A stretch of 64,000 nt of DNA from Leucoraja erinacea. Taxonomy: Eukaryota. Shown here in pieces: positions 25,081 to 37,270 of this stretch; the stretch's first letter is position 1; each line of letters begins with the position of its first letter. A program made the translations under genes and the position numbers. The notes under the pieces are model-generated. The model ran no database searches, was not told the origin of the DNA, and worked only from the letters and a program-made list of their open reading frames with translations. The DNA lies in assembly GCF_028641065.1 (NCBI RefSeq), contig NC_073400.1, forward strand, positions 8,246,001-8,310,000. Direction: 5' to 3'.

Positions 25081-26609
25081 AATAAGCCATAATCTAATAC
25101 CAATGTTTCTTGGTGTTCGTCCTATATCTGTATTGTTTGGACTATGATTTTCCTGCATCCACAATTATCACTTAATATGCCTCAAATTATTTTGGGTCAA
25201 CCTCACTCAGTGTCTTGCAGAAATCCAGCCTGACGTGCTCCACACACTAAAAACAAGGGTTTTCAGATGAGATGGAACGGGAAATTAAAAAGGATGTTGC
25301 CGGTACAGCTGTACAATGCGTAAATTATTGATTATGGATAAAATTTGGAACAATATAAATACATTTATCTTGCAAGAAAAAAACTGAATGATAGATTTGT
25401 TTTAACTGGCTAAAGATTTAGAAGGACTTGGTAGCCTTACGAATGGATCATGAAAATTAATATACGGTTCAGCAGGTAATCAGGAATGCAAACTACATGC
25501 CTGTCTGTGTAGACATCTAATTCTAGAGAAAAAAACAATGTGCTGGAATAACACTGCAGGTCAGGCAGCATCTCTGGAGAACACGGGTAGGTGACGTGTG
25601 TGTCAGAAGGAACTGCAGATGCTGGTTTATACTGAAAATGGACACAAAATGCTCAGTGGGGCAGGCAGCATCTTTGGAACAAGGGAACAGGTGACATTTT
25701 GGGTCAAAACCTTTCACAGCCTAAGTGGGACAGGTTGTCCTTATTAGATTAGACACAAAATGCTGGAGTAACTCAATGGGTCAGGCTGCATCTCTAGGGA
25801 AAAGGAATGTGAGATTTTGGGTCGAGACCCTTCATTTTCCTTATGAAGTTTTATCCAGATTTTATTCTCAGAGTTCAGCCTGAACCTCACCTTGTGGAGA
25901 AAAACAGAACAGTTAAAATCAGAGAAACACAACTCTTCAAACCCGAACCATGTAGTCAATCCAAAGCACAAAAGGTTGGAGGAACTCATTGGGTTAGGCA
26001 GCATCTGTGGAGGGAATGGTCAGCCTCACCATGTTCTGACCCATGTTTTTCCTCACCATGTTTTGACCCAGATTCACTACTACAGCCATGTGTCTTTATC
26101 TCATCCGATTATTCCCTCCATCGAGGTCCCTGCCTGACCTACAAAGTTCCTCCAGCCTTTTGTGTTTCGATCAACATTCCAGCAGTTCTTCTTCCATTGT
26201 TTCAGTTTCCAAAAAAATATATATATAATCAACCCTATTGCTTCTCCCTCAGGAGCTAACCTTTAACTCAAAATATCACTCATTATCTATCTATATTACT
26301 AAATCTCTGATCTTGACCGCTTTTGGCCTACTGTGCTGCGATTTCCGACAGAACGCTGCCACCTACGGCCGTCATTTTTGGCCACCTCGCCCAGAGCCCC
26401 CCTCCGCCTTACGGGTGTGGAGGATTTTTCCCATCGATGACAAATCAGAGAGATATTAATGTTTTAAAAAAAATTCACCATTCTCTCTGCTGCCCCTGCT
26501 GGAGGGAGGGGGAGGGACTATAAAACCAGGAAGTGATGTGCCTCACTCACTCTGTGCAAGATGGATGAAGCCAAGGGTCACGCCTCTCTGAGCTCTGAAT
26601 AACACTGAA

Positions 26610-27905
26610 CACTGCCTGCAAATGGTTGTTTGGATGCTTTGGCATGAAGTTGAAAGGCACTACTTACTGCAAATGGTGGCTTGGGTGCTTTGGCATGAAG
26701 TTGAAATGCACTATTTACTGCAAATGGTGGTTTGGGAGCTTTGGTTTAAAGTTCAAAATTCACTACTTACTGCAAATGGTGGCTTGGGAGCTTTGGCTTG
26801 AAGTTTAAAAAAAAATCACCATTCTCTGCTGCACCTGTTGGAGGGAGGGGGAGTGACTATAAAACCAGGAAGTGGTGTGCCTCACTCACTCTCTGCAAGA
26901 TGGATGAAGCCACGGGTCACGTCTCCCTGAGCTCTGAATAACACTGAACAAATGTCTACACAACTGAGTACCCTTAATGTGGTTTGAAAATAAAATATGG
27001 TTTGTTTGAAGTAAAAAGACACTGCCTGCAAATGGTGGCTTGGGAGTTTTGGGCTTGAAGTTGAAAGGCACTACTTACTGCAAATGGTGGCTTGGGTGCT
27101 TTGGCTTGAAGTTGAAAGGCACTACTTACTGCAAATGGTGGCATGAAGTTGAAAGGCACTACAGACTGCAAATGATGGTGGGTGATTTGGCTTGAAGTTT
27201 AAAGGCATTTCTTACTGCAAATGGTGGCTTGGGTGTTTTGGCTTGAAGTTGAAAGGCACTACTTACTGCAAATGGTGGCATGAAGTTGAAAGGCACTACT
27301 TACTGCAAATGGTGGCTTGGGAGCTTTGGTGTAAAGTTCAAAATGCACTACTTACTGCAAATGGTGGCTTGGGAGCTTTGGCTTGAAGTTTAAAAAAATC
27401 ACCATTCTCTCTGCTGCACCTGCTGGAGGGAAGGGGGAGGGACTATAAAACCAGGAAATGGTGTGCCTCAGTCTCTGTAAGATGGATGAAGCCAAGGGTC
27501 ACGTCTCTCTGAGCTCTGAATAACACTGAACAAATGTCTACACAACTGTGAGCACCCTTAATATGGTTTGAAAATGAAAATATGGTTTGTTTGAAGTAAA
27601 AAGGCACTGCCTGCAAATGGTTGTTTGGGTGCTTTGGCTTGAAGTTGAAAGGCACTACTTACTGCAAATGGTGGCTCGGGTGCTTTGACTTGAGGCTGAA
27701 AGGCACTACTTACTGCAAATGGTGGCATGAAGTTGAAAGGTACTACTTACTGCAAATTGTGGCTTTGGTGCTTTGCTTGAAGTTGAAAGGCACTATTTAC
27801 TGCAAATGGTGGCTTGGGAGCTTTGGTTTAAAGTTGAAAGGAACTACTCCCTGCAAATGATGGCTTGGGTGTTTTGGCTTGAAGTTAAAAGGCACTACTG
27901 CAAAT
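26610..27905. repeat. 51-bp minisatellite (with 35-bp variants) arranged in higher-order blocks inside the Helitron
   Basis: Unit GCACTACTTACTGCAAATGGTGGCTTGGGTGCTTTGGCTTGAAGTTGAAAG, which explains the 17-aa periodic pseudo-ORFs. Confidence 0.9.
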
Positions 27906-28279
27906 GTACTTACTTCCTGTTTGCACTGTATATTGATTTTAGATAAAACGCTACACTTACGGCTGTGATTTTTGGCCATCTTACTCGCTCCCCCCCTCCG
28001 CTGAGCAGGTGCAGAGAATTCTTCCCATCAATGAAAAATAAAAGTGTTATCAGTGTTTAAAAAATGTTGAGAATCTCTCTCCTGTCAATCACGCCCTGAA
28101 AGCCACACCTTTTCCGGTGGGAGGGGGAGGGGTTATAAAACCCGGAAGTGTGGGTGTGGCTTAGTCTCTGCGTGATGGGGGAGGGAGAAGTCATAACTCT
28201 GTCTGAGCTGTGAATCAACTGAACACGCTGAATGTCTACTGAACTGTGAGTTTGGTATTTTGTGTGGTTTTATGGTGGT

Positions 28280-28640
28280 TTCACCCTGCATGAAATGGTA
28301 TGAAACTGCATTTGAATTTGGTGGCTTTGGACCCTGCTTGAAGTGGAATGAAACTGCACTGAATTTGGTGGCCTTGCACCTTGCTGAAAGTGGTATGAAA
28401 CTGCACTTGTATTTGGTGGCCTTGGATCCAGCTTGAAGTGGTATGAAACTGCACTTGAATTTGGTGGCCTTGCACCCTGCTTGAAATGGTTGGAAACTGC
28501 ACTTGAATTTGGTGGCCTTGCACCCTGCTCATAGTGGTACGAAACTGCATTTGAATTTGGTGGACTTGCACCCGGCTTGAAATGGTAGGAACATGGATTT
28601 GAATTTGGTGGACTTGCACCCTGCTTGAAATGGAATTTCA
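28280..28640. repeat. 48-bp minisatellite (~7 copies); a 75-nt poly-C run follows at 28727-28801
   Basis: Unit GAAACTGCACTTGAATTTGGTGGCCTTGCACCCTGCTTGAAATGGTAT. Confidence 0.9.
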
Positions 28641-28726
28641 AGGAATAGTCATGAGTCAACTGCCAGCCCACCAGCCGTGAGTGAGCTGCCTGAGCTGCCA
28701 AGAACCCATACCAGCACTCCAGAAAG

Positions 28727-28801
<75 letters not shown>

Positions 28802-31800
28802 ACTGGCCACCAATATTGGAATTGGTGGAGAGGTGGAATATTGCGACGGGGGACCAGCCCTCCCGTGTGAACATGGGACCCAACGGGTCCCACTTAGTCT
28901 AGTTTAACTCTAAATTATTTTTAACAGGATTTATCACGGTGCCAACTCAGGATGTCTTGCCTCTAAATCCTTGTAAGTATTCCTCTCCCTCTCTACTTAT
29001 AATCCAAATAACATCTCCATCAGAATTTGATTAACACAACCCTAACTTTTGTTTGTAATATCTTCTTTGCATCCTGTTCAACCAAAAAATCATTGATGAC
29101 CAATCATTTGCACAATTAAGGTGTTTCAATGGAGAAAAGTGTGAGTTTATATGCAGTGTAATAATTTGTTAACAGCCATTTCTCCTGATATTCATACTTC
29201 ACACTAATGACAGAATACGACTCGCCAAAGTTATCATGTTATTTAGGCAAAGGCTTGTTCTTTTGGTGGACATTATCACAAAGTAGCGATTGTGAAGACA
29301 ATGTCACCATTACAAAAATGAGTTCCTCAGGATTTCCTTATCAGCTTGGACCCTATTGAGAAAGTTCAGCACTGACATTGAATTTTCTGGCAGACAATTT
29401 AGAAGTCAAATAGGTTTCAGAAATGATTGACAAACTTTAAATGCTACTCTCAAGTTACCTTCTCGGGCTTCTCTTATTAAGCAAAGATATTCAGCCGATT
29501 TATTCTTTCTTGATTGATATGATTATGTATTTTTGGTGCAGTATTTGTAAATCTATATTGCACCTTCCTCAGTGCCTCTTTCTCCTCCCCCCCCAATAAA
29601 AATAAAATTCTTAAATCACTGTTCAGTACGTATTTAATACCCTATTAAATATTCAATTATTTTTGTATCAAAATTAACATCTACTAATTTAAGTATTACA
29701 TGGCTTTATTAATTGGTGATGTTGCATTGAATGTACTTCATGATCCCATCGTTCCTCTACCTAATTTTGATTCTTACATTATGACTGCCTTATTTGCCTT
29801 GCAAATGCTAAACTTTATACTTATCTGTGTTGGTCATCTCATAATTAAGTGCTCATTCTGCAAATTTATTAAAATCTCGTAATTTGTTGCAGTCCTCCTG
29901 AATACTAACAGTTCCTCTCCACCCCCTAATATTTGGTATCATCCGCAAATGTAGAAATGTCATATTCTAAACTTTGTATCAGGATATAGATTTTGAGCAA
30001 CAGTAGTCCCTGTTGGGAATATCAGTGCCAATTTATTATTAGATCTGCCAATTCAGCACATTTAATATCAATTGCCTCAGCCAAATTCTTAGTGGTGCTC
30101 CACACCAACATGTCCCGGCTTGCTTTCTTTCACCTCTGGCCCAGTTCTGATCTTTGTAGAATTCCACTTTCCAAGTCCTGCCACTTAAATTCTTTATTCA
30201 TACTCTGCTTTCTGTCTTGAAGTGTTTTCCTACTTTCCTATGACTGTGCATCTTCTCTTATCTTTAATGTGCAACTTGCATTTTGGAAATCAAGTTAAAT
30301 GACATGTGGCTCCCTTGTTTATATGGTCTGTTCTTCAAATAATTCAGAGATGTGTTGAACAGGACTTTGCCCTATCAAATTTGCTGCACTATTTAAACAA
30401 ATAGAAGAAAATAAAAAAGATCAAGACTGTCATTTAGCCCTTTTGCAGATCTTCTACCTCAGGGCTATTTTCCTGACTGTCCTCCGATCTCTTGATTTCC
30501 TCAATAACCAGAATGCTATCAATCTCTGTTTTGAAAGAACTCAATAACTGAGCCTCCAGAGACCTTCAGGGTAGATAATTCATGATTATATCTTTGATTT
30601 ATATATGTATTTCTATTTGCCTTACTTGGCTTTGTGACCACAGTTGAAAGCTGGTTCGGTCATTATTTCGTAGCCATAGCTTGTTTTTCTGAAAAGTATC
30701 TTTGTTATTAAATATTCTAACCTTCTTAAAAAATGTGTCATTATGCCTTTATTACCTCTTCTTAACTCTTTTAAATCAAACAAATGTAATCCATCTGGAC
30801 CAGTTTCATTTAATTTGACTTGCTTTAATTGGCTTACTTTTTCATCTCTTATTATTTTATTTTTATTTTTATATCATTTCTTATTCCAAATTTTGATGCC
30901 ATATATGCCTGAACCATCTCCTTGGTAATTGTTCAATATTTCAGCCACTTCATTATTATTACCTGGATTTATCCCATCCATTAATATATACTACATTATG
31001 CTTACCTTAATCGAGATGTTCCATCCTTAAACTGGTCTCAACGTATCTGGTTCATCCCCATTACTATCTCCCTAGTCTGGATTTTCGCATACTGGATTTT
31101 GAAAGGAAGTCCTATACGTGTTGCAGCAACTTCTTTGCATAATCCATTCGTCAAGTTGAGTTTATTGGCAAATGCACAAAAACAGTGAGGTACAGGTTCA
31201 CAGAGAATCTTGCTTGCAGCAATGTCACAAGCACATTGACTCAGACAGCATACAAAAACGTACGGTACACATAAATTATCCAAATTATGCAAGATTGTGA
31301 AAAGAAATAGTGCCTATAATTAAACAAACTTTAGTTATGATGAAAAGAATGGATAGAGAAATATTTCAGCTTCCTTCTCATCCCAAGCATTAATCCGCTC
31401 ACTAAGATTATGAAATCTGTCATTGCATTATCTATCAAGACCCTTTTTTATATTACCTGCTAGACTATCTATTTAATCATGTGCAACATCAGAGAGTCAT
31501 AGAGATACAGTACATAATAAAGAAACAGGCTCTTTGGCCCAACTCGTCCATGCTGACTAAGTTATCTAACTGAGCTAGTCTTACTTGCCATTGCCTGGCC
31601 CATGTCCTTGTCATCCATGATGTTATTGTGGTTCTTACTGCTGACAAAGGGAAATTGCATTGACGTCAATGTCATGGTCTTGGTTAAAGGTTGGCTAATA
31701 GGTGATGATATTTATTTCATTAAAGAAGCATCGTTATTTGGCTGTATCTTCTACCACTTTCCCCACCCAGTCGATGCAATGTTGAAGGTGTTATCTGTCA

Positions 31801-33082
31801 TACATTAATCAAATGTTTCATATGTTCGTACAGGTAGATATATAAAGGTAGTTACAAACAAAAGGGCATTTATTAAAGTTCCAATTAAAATTACCATTTT
31901 ACATAATTTTTATCTCCGAGCAGAGGTGATGCTGGAAAATGTCTGCCTATCCACTATTTTCTTTTCTATTCAATTTCTCTTTCCTTTATTTGAAAAAAAT
32001 CATCAAATTCTTAAAATTTTGTGTCCTATATATTTATCTCATTTCTTACTGCCTTTAATTTTCTTGATACCTTTTAATCCTGAATGTCGATTTATTGAAA
32101 ATTCTCTCCCTGGATGTCCACCAATCTCTGGCTTTTATCTCTGCCTCAAATTTGAATTCTATTTCCTAGTATCCTAATCTGTCCATACCTAATTGTAAAT
32201 TTAGAAGCTTAAAAGTTATTCTGCGCTTTCATGCATTCGTTTTCATGCATTTCATGTATTTTTGCAAATAGATTGCTGTCTTTCCAAACATAAATTCTAA
32301 TATATTCCTGTAGAACAAACATTACTTGTTTTAAAGGAAAAATATGTATCTTTGTGAGCACTGTGAGAAGTTCCATTACAGTGTACAACCTCTGCACAAA
32401 GAAGTAAACAAAAAATACAATCACACAACAGACAATATATTTAGATCATATTCGCTGACACGGACATACGATATAGATATATTTATCACAACTTTCTATT
32501 TGAGCACAATGTACACGAGGCATCCTGAAATTTATGGTGCCTAGTTCTGGTCAAAAATTAGGTAATCTCTACAACAATTAGTAATTCTACTACCCAACAT
32601 GTCAATGATTTAATGACACTATATCATCACATGTACCTAAATACAGTGAAATGCTCTGTTTTGCATACAACCCAGTAAAATCATACAGTTGACCTCACCT
32701 AGGCAGTACACAAGAGTTGCCACATTTATGGTGCCGACAAAATTACAATAAGTTAATTGAACAGTTTGGCTCAGCTCCATAGTGAAAGCACTGAGAAATC
32801 ACACATCCTCTTCTGCAGAAATATTTGTAATTCCACAATAGAATATCACACGATCTTTCTGGCCAATGGAATGTTTTAAGTGGCATTTACTATTTTTAGT
32901 AATTCTGTTGAGTCACACACGTCAAATAATTGAATTTGATTGGTGAATGAATATTGACTCATCTCCAACTCTAGTTCGTAATGAGCTGTGGATTTTTTTT
33001 TTTTAATATCCACCTGAATTGGGTGAAGGTTTAATTTTTTATCAAAAAACATCACACTTCAGCCCTTACAAGATCCCTCAGT

Positions 33083-33211
33083 CTGAAGAAGGGTTTCGGC
33101 CCGAAATGTCGCCTATTTCCTTCGCTCCATAGATGCTGCTGCACCCGCTGAGTTTCTCCAGCATTTTTGTGTACCTTCGATCTTCCAGCATCTGCAGTTC
33201 CTCCTTGAACG
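33083..33211 (+). mobile_element. 129-bp Penelope terminal-repeat-derived insertion starting at a hammerhead-like core
   Basis: 14-bp direct repeat CAAGATCCCTCAGT (33069-33082, 33212-33225). Begins CTGAAGAAGGGTTTCGGCCCGAAATGTC. Confidence 0.82.
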
Positions 33212-34067
33212 CAAGATCCCTCAGTATTCCACTTAAGGAGCAGCTGAGAATATTTGCTCGTGTGTCTTGCTTGAAGCCATTATCTTCTTTCTCTGAGGTG
33301 AAAATGCAACTGCTGAGCCAAGCTATCACTTGATGCAAAACAGAGCTAACAAACATGCAGCAAACTGGTATCACTGTCCAGCAATAAACAAATTAACAGA
33401 GCAAGGAAATATATCAAATATCTTGAATTAACATGTTAACATTTCCAACATCCACATTTTAGAAGTTAACATGAAACAAAAATTGTGATGTACAAAAACA
33501 TAAATCACAAATTTACTAAAATAGGATTAAAATAAACTGTTCAATTGGTAAAATAATTATCAGACGACCAAGACATTTAGTCATGCAAAGTATCTGCAGA
33601 AACAATGCCAGCTACACTCCAAATAAATTAATAGGCAGTGGGGAGCCGAGGGAATTTTACAATATAAAAGGCAGCATGTAAATCATGAATTCATTTCTCT
33701 GAAGTAAGCATTACAGTGACGAAAACAGTAAAAAAAAATAAGATTCAGTGCAAATGGAAAACTACAAGTGGCATTAAACAGGTCATTTATAGTCACACAC
33801 CTGTAAAAAGACAGCTACATTAATTAAACATATTCTTTTGAAGTTATTCTATTAAACTTTAATTTGAAGATTTAAATGGTAGGTAGACAAAAATGCAGGA
33901 GAAGGTGAGGCACAAAAAAACAGGTGAGGCAGCATCTATGGAGCGAAGGAATAGGTGACATTTCAGGTCAAGATCCTTCTTCAGATGAGAATGTAATGAT
34001 AAAATGTTCTCCCTGTGTTTATCGTCTCCCTTCTTTCCAACGTTTAGTTTATTATTGTCACATGTAC

Positions 34068-35520
34068 CGAAAATCTATCTCTGCCTTAAATATATCCGCT
34101 GACTTTGCCTCCACAGCCTTCTGTGGCAAAGAATTCCACAGATTCACCACCCTCAAACCAAAGAAATCCCTCCTCATCTCCTTCCTAAAAGATTGTCCTT
34201 TCATTCTGAGACTTTGACCTCTAGTCCCAGACTCTCCCACGAGTGGAAACATCCTCTCCACATCCACTCTATCCAAGCCTTTCACTATTCTGTACGTTTC
34301 AATGAGGTCCCCCTCATTTTTCTAAACTCCAGCGAATTTAGGCCCAGTGCCATCAAAAGCTCATCATATATTAACCTACACATTCCTGGGATCATTCTTG
34401 TAAACCTCCTCTGGACCCTCTCCAGAACCAGCACATCCTTCCTCAGATATGGTCTCCAAAATGGCTCAAAATATGGCAAATGCGGCTGACCAGCACCCTA
34501 TAGACCAGTACTGACCGGAGCCTCGGAGGCTTCGGCCGCGGGCCCAGTGGACGACAACGTCGGGAGCTCGCAGGTCCCAGGTTGGTGACCGATTCCCGGA
34601 GCTCCCGCAACAACAGCTTCGTCCGTTGGACTGGAGGGTGGCAGCTTCATCCGCCCCGGGCCGCGGAGTTTGAACCGGCCTGTTCGCGGAGCTCTGATTC
34701 GGCCACGGGACTTACCATCACCCGACGGGGGGCCCAACATCGAATGCCTGGATCGCCTCAACGCAGAGGGAGAACAAGGAAGGAAGAGATAAGGACTTTA
34801 AGACTTTTGCCTTCCATCACAGTGAGGAGGTGCCTGATAGACTCACTGTGGTGGATGTTAAACTGTGTTCATTGTGTGTTCTGTTATTTCATTTTCTGTC
34901 ATGGCTGCAAGGTACGCAATTTCGTTCAAACTAAAAGTTTGAATGACAATAAAGGAAACTCCAACTAACTTATAGAGCCTCAGCATCACATCCCTGTTTT
35001 TGTTTGAAAGCCCTCTCGAAATAAATGGTAACATTGCGTTTGTACCTCCGATTTCTGGATTCTCTCCTCATTTAGAAAATAATCTATGCCTTTATTCCTA
35101 CTTCCAAAATGCATGACTCCACACTTTGTTACACTATATTCCACCTGCCACTTCTCTGCCCACTCACCCAACCTATCCAAGTCCTTCTGCAGAGTCCCTG
35201 CTTTCTCTACACTACCTGCCCCTCCACGTATTTTCATATCATCCACAAACCTAGCCACAAAGCCTTCAATCCCCTCACCCAAATCATGAATATACAACGT
35301 GAAGAGCAGCAGCCCCAGCGGAACTCCGCTAGTCACTGGCAGCTGAACAGAAAAAAACCCTTTATTGCCACTCTTTGCCTATTGCTATCTAGCCAACCTG
35401 ATATCCATGCTAGTATCTGCCCTTTGATACCAAGGGTCTACCTTAGCATCTTCCTTAGCAGCCTCCCACGTGGCATCTTATTGGAAGATATTCTGAAAAT
35501 CTAGGCATACAACATCTACT
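34068..35520 (-). mobile_element. CR1 LINE fragment with a nested plus-strand GC-rich retroposon (34505-34970)
   Basis: SGVPLGLLLFTLYIHDL, RFVDDMKI, VQRRFTRMIPG, RVVNLWNSLP. The insert is flanked by TATAGA (34499-34504, 34971-34976) and shares GCCTTCCATCACAGTGAGGA and the TGACAATAAA tail with the element at position 1. Confidence 0.85.
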
Positions 35521-35849
35521 GATGTCCTTTCCTTTGTGTTTAAATAGCATGTGTTAAATGTATGTTTTTAGTGTTCTTTTGCCTTAGTCAATAATGCATC
35601 TGCCAAAATAAAAGTGAAGCTGCTTTATCCATTCACCGTCCATAATAGCCACCAGAATTGACACCTTTTCTCAGAGTGACAGAAAGACATTCAATATTTT
35701 ATTTAATTAAGTTGCAGGTTGCCCAGCAGGAGTTTCAGAGATCCACAGGTCTGCATTTTCAAGGCAACCAGAAACGCAGCCTCAGGCTAGAGGGATAAAT
35801 CCACCACCAGGTATGTATTCCCATCCCTTTTCCTTTCAGCAGTTTGAAG

Positions 35850-36265
35850 GGATTGCTCTCTTCATGACTCTCTGGTCTGCTCTTCTATCCCTGCCTACCA
35901 CTTCTTTTCATGTGGCACTTACCAATGGAACCACAGGAATGCAAAACCTGTTATTTTACCTCTTCCCTTCCTGTCATTCACAGACCGTCATTCCAGGCAT
36001 GAAACAGTAATTCACATGTACTTTGTCCAATCTGTTGTACTCACAAAGTGGCCTATTCTGTATTGGAGAAGTCAAATGCAGATTGGGTGGTTGCTTTGTG
36101 GAGCCCCTGTACGCAGGTTTAACTTTGAGTTTCCAGTTACTTGTCACTTTAATTCAGCAACCCACTTCCACCCTGACTATTCTATCAATGGCCTCCTGCG
36201 CTGTTACAACAAGTTTCAATGCAAGCTTGAAGAAAAATGCCGTCATCTGTCTTGACACATTGCAG
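35850..36265 (+). mobile_element. Old Penelope-like GIY-YIG remnant
   Basis: Degenerate FTCTLSNL...CIGEVKCRLG, colinear with 14160-14460. Similar relics at ~46000-46800 and ~57840-58330. Confidence 0.55.
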
Positions 36266-36789
36266 CCTCAAAGATTCCCTTTTCCTTTCTCTTTATGTCA
36301 GAACAGGCCACTCCTGTCCATTTTATTTTGGCTCCATTTTTCCTTCCTTTCATTTTGCATGGTTTACCCCTGCTGACCTTGTCCCACATCCTTAACCATT
36401 AGCAACACATAGAAAATAGGTGCAAGAGTAGGCCATTCGGCCCTTTGAGCCTGCACTGCCATTCAATATTATCATGGCTGATCATCCAACTCGGTATCCT
36501 GTACCTGCCTTCTCTCCATACCCCTTGATCCCTTTAGCCACAAGGGCCACATCTCTGTGTGTGAAAAATGTTTTTCTCATCTCAGTACTAAAAGATTTCC
36601 CCTTTATCCTTAAACTGTGACCCCTTGTTCTGGACTCATTATACAGACTAAGAAGCTTCATTTGATTTTAACTGCTTCTCACATCAAGGCATCTGGTCTC
36701 ATTCTATCAGAGATATCCCTTTCATTTTGCCCACCCTCTCCACCCCCCCCCCCCCCCCCCCCTCTTTTCTGCTGCCTAAAAATAACCTG

Positions 36790-37270
36790 CTAAAAGTGTG
36801 AACATGACCCAATCCATCATGGGTACTGCCCTCCCCACCATCGAAGGGATTTGCAGGAGTTCTGCCTCAAAAAGGCAACCATCATCATCAGAGACCCACA
36901 CCACCCTGGTCACACACTCATTTCATCCCTGCCACCTGGAAGAAGATATTGGAGTCTGAAAACTGTAACGTCCATGTTCAGGAAATACTTCTTCCCTTTG
37001 GCCATCAGGCTATGAAACACTACAACACCACAAACACTACGACTTGGGTACATTGGTTTGTCTTTTTGCACTATTATTGTTTGTTTGTTTTATGTGTGTG
37101 TATGTATGATAGCTATATGTGTGTGTAAATATACAGTGAACCTTTTTTCATTTATTATGTTGTTTACAGAGTACTATGCTGCTTACATATTCTGTTGTGC
37201 TGCTGCAAGTACGGATTTTATTGTTCTGTTTGAGACGTATGTGAATAAAAAACTCTTGACACTCTCTTGA
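36790..37270 (+). mobile_element. Rex1/Babar-like LINE 3' fragment
   Basis: IIRDPHHPGHTLISSLPPGRRYWSLKTVTSMFRKYFFP-type C-terminus and AATAAAAAACTCTTGA tail. Confidence 0.7.

Larger units (their letters stand above)
26286..28902 (+). mobile_element. Non-autonomous Helitron with internal minisatellites
   Basis: A|TCTATCTATATTACTAAA 5' end (alternative start 26290). Subterminal hairpin TGGGACCC-AAC-GGGTCCCA (28874-28892). CTAG|T 3' end. No TSD or TIR. Confidence 0.82.

Noticed and set aside
26610-28640. CRISPR-like array
   Set aside because: Contiguous tandem units without unique spacers, eukaryotic context, no cas genes.
28727-28801. 75-nt poly-C, and the A-runs at 25020-25082, as functional elements
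   Set aside because: Homopolymer lengths are unreliable in assemblies and both lie inside TEs.
26626-28907. ORFs with repeated LKGTTYCKWWLG, QGARPPNSS, poly-G or poly-P
   Set aside because: Products of the 51-bp and 48-bp minisatellites and the poly-C run.
32344-32544. MYLCEHCEK ORF as a possible SNRPC zinc finger
   Set aside because: Only CxxC matches; no further U1-C similarity or matching exon structure.
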